NCBI GenBank assembly: GCA_963813135.1
Contig: CAWEXY010000021.1
Location: forward strand, 32,001 to 96,000
DNA: 64,000 nucleotides
DNA from: an uncultured Verrucomicrobiae bacterium
GTDB lineage: Bacteria > Chlamydiota > Chlamydiia > Chlamydiales > Rhabdochlamydiaceae
Reading direction: 5' to 3'
The notes under the pieces are model-generated. The model ran no database searches, had not been told where the DNA came from, and saw only the letters and a program-made list of their open reading frames with translations. Numbering within the stretch: the first letter of the stretch is position 1; each line of letters opens with the position of its first letter. The translations under genes were made by a program, and so were the position numbers. Shown in pieces: positions 52,371 to 61,055 of the stretch.

Positions 52371-52615
52371 AAGCAAAGAAAACAATTACCCACGAACAAC
52401 ATATGGAATACCTATTAAAACATGGTATAGATTTGATCGGAGGGGGTCTTGACGAGGCGCCGCAGGCCTATAAGCCTATTAACACTGTGATGGAAGAACA
52501 AAAAGATTTAGTTGATGTGTTAGGTAAGTTCCAACCTAAAATCGTGCGTATGGCCGCTGAAGAAAGTTTAGATCAGCCCTCAACATTGCCTCAGGGAGTC
52601 GTCGAAGGGGAATAG
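52371..52615 (+). pseudogene. rtcB: C-terminal fragment of an RtcB-family RNA ligase
   Basis: 'GIDLIGGGLDEAPQAYKPINTVMEEQKDLVDVLGKFQPKIVRMA' is the RtcB C-terminal signature (DEAP.AYK). The 5' portion is replaced by the IS end. Confidence 0.8.
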
Positions 52616-52617
52616 CT

Positions 52618-52650
52618 GTCAACCTAAACCATATCGATTTAGGTTTTGAC
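52618..52650. terminator. Possible hairpin/terminator between convergent genes
   Basis: Imperfect inverted repeat GTCAACCTAAA ... TTTAGGTTTTGAC directly after the rtcB fragment stop. Confidence 0.4.
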
Positions 52651-52680
52651 TAGGTCTTTCCGTGCCGCTCGATGGGTAAG

Positions 52681-55600
52681 TTAGACGGTTACTAATAAAT
52701 CTACCATTTGTTCTTTTCCTTGAAAGTCGCCCCTTTTCAGCGCTTGCAAAATTGATTGCCCGGATTTATTTTTATGACCCATATCGGCTCCGGCTCTAAT
52801 TAGAATGCGCGTTAACAAAACACTGCGTAAAACCAAACAAGCATTCCATAAAGGCGTTTGTCCAAGATCGTCTTGGGCTTCAATATCGGCTCCGTGTGAA
52901 AGCAAAATTCGTATAATTGGAATGCTTCCAACCTCAACTGCTATGTGCAGAGCCGTTTTCCCGCCTGCTATACTTTGATTCACATCGGCACCAAGGCACA
53001 GAACCTTTACCGCCTCTATAATTTTTGCTTTAATAGCGCAATGCAGTAAACTCTCCTTTTCATGCGCCGTTGTTTTAATCCCGCTATATTTATCTATCAA
53101 TTCGATAATGTCCGGCTTGACTGACAATTCTCGAGCCGTTTTTTCAGCAAAAAAAGTTTTTTTCGTATAGTCAGCCCCACAGCCAATTAATAACCCGACA
53201 ATATCCAAACGACCCTTTTTCGCGGCGGCATGTAGCGGCGTTTCGCCTGCCTGATCTGCTATTTCTAAGGAAGCACCCTGACTAATAAGAATCATGGAGT
53301 GAGCCAAATTACCCGCTTTCACAGCAATGTTCAAGAGCGTTTCCCCTCTGTCGTTTATCTCATCGATGTTTGGTTCCATTCTAACAAGCATTTGCCAAAA
53401 CTGATCAACGGAGTGATTTGCAGCTGCAATCTCAATGGCTTTTTGTCCTTTTCGATTAGGAATATCGAAGTCTGCACCTTGGTTCAATAAAAAATGAGTT
53501 GCGCGCATAGATCCTATCTTGCAGGCAAGATGTAACCCTGTCTGGCCATCCACGATATCATCATTGATGGGAATGCCTAGCTGATAAAGCATTGCGAGGG
53601 AGTCTACACGATCGCTTAGAATGGCCGTAATAATAGCAGGATATATGTGGCTTGGATCCTGAGATAGTTGATATTGTTTAAAAATATCCATCAAAAATAC
53701 GCCATTTGGTTGAGCCACACCGGACAATACACTGTCATAATTATTAAATTTTGATTCTGGATTGGCGTGACGGTTCAATAACCATTGGACAGTCTCAACT
53801 TTTCCAGCCATAGAGGCAAAATGAATGGGTTTAGCATCCTTCATTGTAAGTGCCTTTTTGGGTGGCTTAATGCGGTTTTGAGGCAAAATTGTCATGGTTT
53901 CTAATGATATAGCTTCCGAAGAAAGCAGCTCTAAAACTTTATTTTTGCCTTGCTGGGCTGCCAGATGTATCGGATAGATGCCTTGGGCATTCGGCTCGCA
54001 AAGTGAAATTCCCTTACTTGACAAGAAGCGCAATACACTGCTCTTACCTGTTCGAGCTGCAGAATGAGCAATCGAAGAACCTCCTCGAGTCTTGGTAGAA
54101 CAATCTGCTCCTTTCATCATAAGATAAAGACTGATTTCATCGCTTTCATGTTCAAGCGAAATAAACAGCGGCGTCACCTGCTCAACTGTGCCACGCTTAT
54201 TAATATCCGCCCCTGCCCGGAGCAATTGCCGAATTGCAGGGAAAAATCCTTCTTGGCATGCTATCAATAAAGGCGTATTTAGGTTAAGAGCACAGTGATT
54301 CGGATTCGCACCTTGGGCAAGCAAGAATTTTATGTTCTCTATTTTCTTTGCTAGAATCGCGTGAAAAAGAGGTGTCATTCCCTCCTTATCGGGGGTATTG
54401 ATCACATTTTTAGCGTCGCTGGTTTTAAAAAGCTCTTCTAAAAATATTTCATCGCAGAATTTTGCTGCATAATGTAAAGGCGTCTTTCCATCATATTCGA
54501 CGACATTTAATGTTAAGTTCTTTGGTTGTATGTTGGCCCTGACAAGCAAATGGGCATAGGAACAACCTTCGCTGTCGCGCAGTTGCAAGTCGAGCTGTCG
54601 ATTTTGTAATAGAGTAACGACGATGGCTCGAATAGGGATTGATCGACGCATTAAACGCAAAAATAAATGCAATAAAGTGCCTGACACTTTCACATTAAGC
54701 CATGGAATAGTGATGATTTCATTGATTGGCAGAACATTAAGCATCTTTTGAATTGCCTCGGCACTACCCTCACTCAAAGCCTGAGTGAATTGACCGATCT
54801 TTTTGGCATAAACCTTATTTTCGATACTCAGAGCCGCTAAAGCGCCGATAGAATGTTGCGCAAGAATCGTAGGATGTTTACCGTCTGCATTGGGTTGGGA
54901 GGTTGAGAATCCTGCTAAAACTAGTAATTTAATACATTCCGCATGCCCCTTCTTGCTGGCTAGGTGCAGGGCGGTATCGCCCTTATAGGTCCTTCGATCC
55001 ACGCATCCTTGCCGTAAAATGATTTCCAGCATGCCATGCTGGCCCGTATCGCTCGTTAAAAGTGTAGGAGTCCACCCTTCCGCATTGGTACAATCTGGGT
55101 TAGCACTGGCTTGGATTAGTCTATTGAAAGCATCATAATCATGATGTTTCACAGCCAGAAGAAGAGGCGTGTCTTGAGTATGAGGAGATTTTATATTAAC
55201 ATTGGCCCCTGCTTCTAATAATAAATTCGATATGTCTGCCTTCGAAAAAGCAAGGTAGAGGGCTTCGGGGGTAATTTTACAGCCTTTTGAAAGTAAAAAT
55301 TTAACGGCACGTGTACTGTAGCATTGGACTGCATAATAAAGAGGTGTTTTTCCATCCGTATCTTCTTGGTCGCAAAGGGCGCCTTGATTATGCAGAAATT
55401 GCAAAATTTCTCTAGATCCGATTTTAGCTGCCAGATGCGCGGCGGTTGTCCCTTTTCCATCGAGATCACATTTAAATAATGAGGGATCTTTTATAGAGTC
55501 GTGCAGCAAATGCACCCCATTCAGGTCTCCGCGTTCTATAATAGCGTAAGCTAGATGACGGGTTTGATAATGGTTATCCAACGAGATATTATTCTTAAGC

Positions 55601-58600
55601 ATTTGAGCAAGCAAAAACTTCAAGCAGCTCCAGCTCCCATTTTCAGCAGCCAGATAAGCCAATGTTTTACCACCTTCTGCAGCAATGCGATTAAGAGGGT
55701 CCCGGGTTTTCAAAATACGCTGTCTCAAGAGATAAATCCCGTCTGATTTAGCAAGATAATGTTCGATTTTCCATCCCTTGGGACTGTTTAAGGCATCAAG
55801 ATTCACTTGCATTGGCACCAACAGCATGGAAATTATAATATGCTGTCCGGCTTCTGCGGCCTCTAAAAGCAGTTCTTGCAAGTCTGCTCTGCTCAATTTT
55901 TGTTTGGATAGATAGTCTGTTAAGAACGGACTTATGTCAAAACGGCACAGGCTCTTTAAAAGTTGCATCGGCCGGATGATAGCTCCCTTTTGGATCATTG
56001 CCTCAATAAGGTCGACAAAACCGCAATCCATGCTTAAACTAATTGCCGATTCTTTAAAGACGTTTTCTACGCCAAGATCGGCTGGATTTTGGGTTAGGCT
56101 TAATATGTGCAACGCGGCGGGCATGTTTGCAAACCGTACGGCTAAAACGAGTGGAGTATCTTTGGCATAATTGCGATAAGCTAAAAAACTCGGCCTGGCA
56201 GCGAATAGTTTCAGAATATCAAGGGAACTTTCTTTAACAGTAATTTCGATCGTGTAATCGGACAAAGTTGAATGGGGGAATAGGATTTCACAAACCGGAA
56301 GACAATTTCTCTTAACAGCGATATCAAGTGCAATTATTCCGTCCTTGCGGGCGGCTTTGGGATCGGCCTTTTTCTTGAGAAGCTCCTTGACAAGTTTTTC
56401 CGAGTCGAGCTCGCAGGCAAGCATCAGCGGGGTCACCCCTTCCTCTGTCGACTTGTTCACATCCACTTCCGGTTGTTCCAATAAAGCCAAAGCAAGGTTT
56501 TCATGGCCATGATGTAAAGCGCAATGCAGCGGCGTATAGCCTTCGGATGTAACCGTGTTACAGACAGCTTTTCGTGCAAGCAAAAATCGCGCCATAACCT
56601 CCTGGCCGTTTTGAATTGCAACGATTAGCGGAGTTGACTTATTATCGCTCTCTGCATTGATAAAATGAGGATTAGCATTCAGTAAAAGGGCTGCAACCTC
56701 TTCGTTTCCATACATTGCTGCATAATGGATCGGCAAATATTTTTCTTTATCTTGTATATTGGCCGATAGCCCTTTGTTAAGCAGCGTCGTAATATAAAAA
56801 GGATTTTTTCGCATTGCCGCTAAATGAATGAGCGTTGCTCCATTATTATTGCGCATAAGGTTCAATTCTTGATCTTTAATTAGCTCAATAAAACCCTTCT
56901 CATCTTCTTCTCGTATAGCGTTGCCAATCTCCTGCATATCAAGAGAGCGCTGAGCCGCCTCTTGGCTGGATCCGATGAATACATTCTCCATCCAGGAATA
57001 GTCTTCGTCCATCCCTGGCGGCAAATCTTCAAACATTAATTTAAAGATAGCCCCTTGGGTTTCATTGCTTTTCCCATCTCCTATTTTAGTCCACTTCTCT
57101 AGATCCACTTGTTGCACTGCAGACCAGTGCTCTTGAAGTATCCTCTCCCCTTTCCGAGAAGGGATTACTTTCATCGGCGTTAATGTCATGCCGCACCCAC
57201 CGACGATCCTTTTACCTTTTTCTATCGTTGTAGAGGAAACTTCCGATAATAAGTGCAAAGCATTAACTGATAAAGATTGTTGTCGATCTACCAGTTGGTC
57301 TTCAAAAAGCGTTGGAAAGATGTTATCAATAATATAGCCCGGTAAATCCTGTTCTTCCAAATTCTGAAGAAGCGGGAGTTGACTATTGGTCTTTATAGCA
57401 ATAGCTTTCAATTCTTCATATTCGCTAGATGACATTTGTCTAATTTTAATCAAATGATCAGCAGTCTCGCTACTAACAGTTTTAATAATATTATTAAATT
57501 GAGATGGGGACATTTTTCTTATTTCATTTTCTACATCAAATCCTTCCTGCATTTCTTCACTTGTTTGCATTGACACTTGTTTTGACTCTCGGATCTCCTT
57601 TTTTGATTGGAGAAACCCTTTTCTTAGATTATCGAGTAGGCCTTTCGATTCTTTAACTATGTCATTCTGGATGATATCAGGGTGATTTTTAAGATGCCTA
57701 TGCATAACTGCCGAACAAGATGCCAAGATGCTGTTCCTAAATATCGGTGTTAATGCCTGGATGAGAATTGAAGCTGTTTGATCAGAGGGTTGCAACAGAT
57801 ATTGCATTAATTCAGCCCTGTGCGATGAACAAATCTCTTTCGTAATGGCAGCAAAATTCACTTTGAGCTTTTCTTCTTTGAAATGCTCAAGAGGTAAATG
57901 GGGAAACAAGACGGGACTGCCGTAATTCTGGGTAGGCTGAAGGAGAGGAAAAATAGGAACTTTGCGGCGGTTCTTCAAAGTCATCATATAACTGCAAAAG
58001 AAATTGATCACACCCAGCATAGCAAAATACTTGGAGCAGATAGGCAGCTTAACCATGTGATCATGAATGGCTTCTCTCTTTTTTTCATAAGCTTCAACCA
58101 TTAATTGATAGGAAGCGGGAGGCTGGTCATGGATTTTCTGATATTCTGCCAGTGCGTTTTTATAAGCGGGAGCTGGTTCTATTGTATAAAAAACATCAAA
58201 ATCGGCATCGAGTACAAATAAATTGTCTGCTTTCTGAATACTCCTTTGCTTGGCAATAATTCTAAAAGAATTAGAAAAAAGGGTGTTATCGCTGAAAATG
58301 GGCGGTTCAACACCGGAAATACTGCCAATCTTTTGGCCAACTGCTTCTTCCACACGCGCTAATAATTCAGGATTTGTGCTTATATCTAAAATCGCACGCA
58401 ATGAAGTGTATTTTTTATCAGCTCCGGTCAGGTTCTTTTGGCAATAAGTTTTGAAGTCAATTATCTCTTGTAGAACCGATTCTTTTTTTCTCTCCCAGTT
58501 AGGATCTTCTGCCCATTTTTTGATGAACTCTTCCTTAAAGATGCCTCCATTGAGATAACCTTTCATAAAATAATCTAGAAGGCTGATCACTTGTCCCACC

Positions 58601-59838
58601 AAGGTATTTTGATAAGCCGGATGAATAACAGGGTAAAGATCGGAGTTCTGGTTGAAATGCAGGCTAAAAAAAGGAACTGTATCATGGACATAAATGCCGA
58701 TGGCAAGCTCCCGCAAAATTTGGCGTAGTTCATCGTCTGTCATAGGAAGCTGGCCATCACCGAAAGTAGGCAAAAAGAACAAGTGTGTATTTTCAAACAA
58801 AGCGTCGGGCGTATCGAACAACCCTTGAATTAATTCTGTCCTGCCTCCGACACCGCCTATTTCACCGCCCATGGCTCCTTTAGGAGATATGGGATGTTCG
58901 GGGTGGTCTTTATTATAGGAGGTTGTAAGACCTAGTTTTTGGATAAGTTGTTGAAACTTTGTTAACCCGGGCATGGGTGGGAGTTTTCCTCCCAATATCC
59001 TGCCCTCGCCAAGGCCCCTGCCGCGGGGCTTCAACAAGGCTTTTTGGTCCGGATGATTTAATTTATTAACGCCATACCTATAATGCTTATAATTCAATTG
59101 CATCGCCACATTGGCATATTTCAACAAATTTTCCGATTTTGAAAGCTCTGACTTTAGTTGCTGTTGTTCGTGTTCTGGCAAATGAGGCTTATTTAACCTA
59201 TCTTTTACTAAAGCAGTATGCTTAGTAAGCCCCTTCGTTAGGTTCTCAACTTTTTTTTGATGATTATAAGGCACCCCTTTTGAGTTGTATTTTACGTCTT
59301 CTTTATTTTTTTCTCTTATCGCTGCACTAAAAGTCTTTGTATCAAGTTCTCTTAGGTATGTGTTTACCTGTCCTATATCTCCATTTTTTGTATCTCTATT
59401 TCTTGGGCCTCCATCTTTCCCAGCAGCCACTAAAACAGGCCATATGATTAGCTCCTTTTGGAGCGGATTAAATACGATCGACCAACGTCGCAAACCACAA
59501 GTTTCAAGCCGTTCTATAAGATTGTCTTTCTGAGCGTCTGAACTTAAAGGGTTAATAATTTTAGAAGATCGAATGACTTTTATATGGCCCGATCGATCCA
59601 TAACAGAACCAATTAATCCGTATTTTTCGATTTTCCAAAGTTGTATGATGTTTTCATGTGAATCCATATTAGGCAGGGTAAGAGGAACTAATTGTTTATA
59701 AAGCCATATTGCCCGTTGGATGTTAATGTCATTTCTATTTGGGATGCACACTGTGTTATTATTTTCAATAAAGTCGGAATTTTGCGACCCTTGCAATTTA
59801 GGGATATTCGATTGGCTATTAGCAGGTACATGTTGCAT
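52681..59838 (-). CDS. Giant ankyrin-repeat protein with an N-proximal Ntox28-like toxin module
   Basis: 2385 aa, with numerous ankyrin repeats (G.TPLH.A...G....V..LL..GA) from about aa 1000 to the end. Residues ~155-243 (LDTKTFSAAIRE..EDVKYNSKGVPYNHQKKVENLTKGL...RLNKPHL...LKSELSKSENLLKY) resemble Ntox28. An unassigned central domain lies between GEIGGVG and RIVGGCG. Confidence 0.85.
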   Translation of the reverse strand: MQHVPANSQSNIPKLQGSQNSDFIENNNTVCIPNRNDINIQRAIWLYKQLVPLTLPNMDSHENIIQLWKIEKYGLIGSVMDRSGHIKVIRSSKIINPLSSDAQKDNLIERLETCGLRRWSIVFNPLQKELIIWPVLVAAGKDGGPRNRDTKNGDIGQVNTYLRELDTKTFSAAIREKNKEDVKYNSKGVPYNHQKKVENLTKGLTKHTALVKDRLNKPHLPEHEQQQLKSELSKSENLLKYANVAMQLNYKHYRYGVNKLNHPDQKALLKPRGRGLGEGRILGGKLPPMPGLTKFQQLIQKLGLTTSYNKDHPEHPISPKGAMGGEIGGVGGRTELIQGLFDTPDALFENTHLFFLPTFGDGQLPMTDDELRQILRELAIGIYVHDTVPFFSLHFNQNSDLYPVIHPAYQNTLVGQVISLLDYFMKGYLNGGIFKEEFIKKWAEDPNWERKKESVLQEIIDFKTYCQKNLTGADKKYTSLRAILDISTNPELLARVEEAVGQKIGSISGVEPPIFSDNTLFSNSFRIIAKQRSIQKADNLFVLDADFDVFYTIEPAPAYKNALAEYQKIHDQPPASYQLMVEAYEKKREAIHDHMVKLPICSKYFAMLGVINFFCSYMMTLKNRRKVPIFPLLQPTQNYGSPVLFPHLPLEHFKEEKLKVNFAAITKEICSSHRAELMQYLLQPSDQTASILIQALTPIFRNSILASCSAVMHRHLKNHPDIIQNDIVKESKGLLDNLRKGFLQSKKEIRESKQVSMQTSEEMQEGFDVENEIRKMSPSQFNNIIKTVSSETADHLIKIRQMSSSEYEELKAIAIKTNSQLPLLQNLEEQDLPGYIIDNIFPTLFEDQLVDRQQSLSVNALHLLSEVSSTTIEKGKRIVGGCGMTLTPMKVIPSRKGERILQEHWSAVQQVDLEKWTKIGDGKSNETQGAIFKLMFEDLPPGMDEDYSWMENVFIGSSQEAAQRSLDMQEIGNAIREEDEKGFIELIKDQELNLMRNNNGATLIHLAAMRKNPFYITTLLNKGLSANIQDKEKYLPIHYAAMYGNEEVAALLLNANPHFINAESDNKSTPLIVAIQNGQEVMARFLLARKAVCNTVTSEGYTPLHCALHHGHENLALALLEQPEVDVNKSTEEGVTPLMLACELDSEKLVKELLKKKADPKAARKDGIIALDIAVKRNCLPVCEILFPHSTLSDYTIEITVKESSLDILKLFAARPSFLAYRNYAKDTPLVLAVRFANMPAALHILSLTQNPADLGVENVFKESAISLSMDCGFVDLIEAMIQKGAIIRPMQLLKSLCRFDISPFLTDYLSKQKLSRADLQELLLEAAEAGQHIIISMLLVPMQVNLDALNSPKGWKIEHYLAKSDGIYLLRQRILKTRDPLNRIAAEGGKTLAYLAAENGSWSCLKFLLAQMLKNNISLDNHYQTRHLAYAIIERGDLNGVHLLHDSIKDPSLFKCDLDGKGTTAAHLAAKIGSREILQFLHNQGALCDQEDTDGKTPLYYAVQCYSTRAVKFLLSKGCKITPEALYLAFSKADISNLLLEAGANVNIKSPHTQDTPLLLAVKHHDYDAFNRLIQASANPDCTNAEGWTPTLLTSDTGQHGMLEIILRQGCVDRRTYKGDTALHLASKKGHAECIKLLVLAGFSTSQPNADGKHPTILAQHSIGALAALSIENKVYAKKIGQFTQALSEGSAEAIQKMLNVLPINEIITIPWLNVKVSGTLLHLFLRLMRRSIPIRAIVVTLLQNRQLDLQLRDSEGCSYAHLLVRANIQPKNLTLNVVEYDGKTPLHYAAKFCDEIFLEELFKTSDAKNVINTPDKEGMTPLFHAILAKKIENIKFLLAQGANPNHCALNLNTPLLIACQEGFFPAIRQLLRAGADINKRGTVEQVTPLFISLEHESDEISLYLMMKGADCSTKTRGGSSIAHSAARTGKSSVLRFLSSKGISLCEPNAQGIYPIHLAAQQGKNKVLELLSSEAISLETMTILPQNRIKPPKKALTMKDAKPIHFASMAGKVETVQWLLNRHANPESKFNNYDSVLSGVAQPNGVFLMDIFKQYQLSQDPSHIYPAIITAILSDRVDSLAMLYQLGIPINDDIVDGQTGLHLACKIGSMRATHFLLNQGADFDIPNRKGQKAIEIAAANHSVDQFWQMLVRMEPNIDEINDRGETLLNIAVKAGNLAHSMILISQGASLEIADQAGETPLHAAAKKGRLDIVGLLIGCGADYTKKTFFAEKTARELSVKPDIIELIDKYSGIKTTAHEKESLLHCAIKAKIIEAVKVLCLGADVNQSIAGGKTALHIAVEVGSIPIIRILLSHGADIEAQDDLGQTPLWNACLVLRSVLLTRILIRAGADMGHKNKSGQSILQALKRGDFQGKEQMVDLLVTV

Positions 59839-59858
59839 GTAGATCTCTCTTTATAAAT

Positions 59859-61052
59859 TTATTTTTTTGCAAGTAATTCATAGGCTTTTGCTATTGTTTC
59901 TTGAGCCATTAAATTTTGAGGATACGTATCGATATCGACCTTCTCGCGATCCTTCCAATCTTTGCCAAGAGCTAAAGAAATCATCTCATAAGCAAGTTCG
60001 CGTATATCTTTTGGTTCCCGTTCGTTCTTAAATATTTCAAGCAATATTTCTAAACATTCTTTATCACCGGTCTTTTTTATATATTCCCCACTAATACATA
60101 TTGCTCTAATACGTACGTCCATACCTGTATCCCATTCGACTCCTCTCATAAAGGACTTAATCTGACTAATATACTTAGACGTCAGGCCCCAATCTTCACA
60201 CAAGATTTCTAGCGCCTTAGCTGAAACCATGGGACCTTCAGGAAAAATGATAAATTTTTCAATGAGTCCTTTATATTCATCTATAATCGACGATCGGCAA
60301 AAACAGCCTGCATAACCGATTATTTTCAATAAAAAATAGAGATCTCCTTCGGGGTGTTCGTTATATTTTTGAATTCGATCTATGACATAGGCAATTTCAT
60401 TAGCTTGAATTTTACCATCATATGCCTTATCTACTAGCTCATCTATGTCTATAGGCCAGGTTAGAGTTAGATCTTCGTTTATTGTATTTCTAAGATGTTC
60501 ATAAGTTTTTGCTAGTGTTTCTAGAGTCATTAAATTTTGAGGATTCGTTTCGATCTCTTTGCTAAGAGCTATATAGATGGACTCATAAGCAAGTTGGCGT
60601 ATATCTCTTCGTTCCCGTTCGTTCTTGAATATTTCGAGCAATATTTCTAAACATTCTTTGTCACCGGTCTCACTTATATATCTCCCAACAATAGATATCG
60701 CTTTAACACGCACGACTCTATCTTTATCCCATTCAACTCCCCTCAGAAATGACTTGAGCTGGCTGATATACTCAGACGTTAGGTTCCAATCATCACACAA
60801 GACACAAAGTGCCGTAACGGAAACCATGGGATCTTTCGGGAAAATGATAAATTTTGCAATCAGTCCTTTATATTCATTTATAATCGACGACTGGCAAAAA
60901 CGGCTTGCATAGCTGATTGTTTGTAATAATGAATGAATATTTTCTTCATTGGGATGCTCGTAATATTTTTGAATTCGATCTATGACATAGGCAATCTCAT
61001 TAGATTGAATTTTACCTTCACGGGCCCTATCTACTAGCTCTTTTATGTCCAT
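59859..61052 (-). CDS. Two-unit HEAT-like repeat protein, putative immunity protein
   Basis: Two units of about 200 aa, each with 'EYKGLI.KFI.FP..PMVS..AL..LC.DW.LT..Y...F.RGVEWD...VR..AI...G.YI..TGDKECLEILL.IF.NE.E...IR.LAY'. Confidence 0.75.
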   Translation of the reverse strand: MDIKELVDRAREGKIQSNEIAYVIDRIQKYYEHPNEENIHSLLQTISYASRFCQSSIINEYKGLIAKFIIFPKDPMVSVTALCVLCDDWNLTSEYISQLKSFLRGVEWDKDRVVRVKAISIVGRYISETGDKECLEILLEIFKNERERRDIRQLAYESIYIALSKEIETNPQNLMTLETLAKTYEHLRNTINEDLTLTWPIDIDELVDKAYDGKIQANEIAYVIDRIQKYNEHPEGDLYFLLKIIGYAGCFCRSSIIDEYKGLIEKFIIFPEGPMVSAKALEILCEDWGLTSKYISQIKSFMRGVEWDTGMDVRIRAICISGEYIKKTGDKECLEILLEIFKNEREPKDIRELAYEMISLALGKDWKDREKVDIDTYPQNLMAQETIAKAYELLAKK

Positions 61053-61055
61053 AGG

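Noticed and set aside
52358..52615. Intact 85-aa gene
   Set aside because: Its ATG lies inside the inverted IS end, and the rest is an rtcB 3' fragment.
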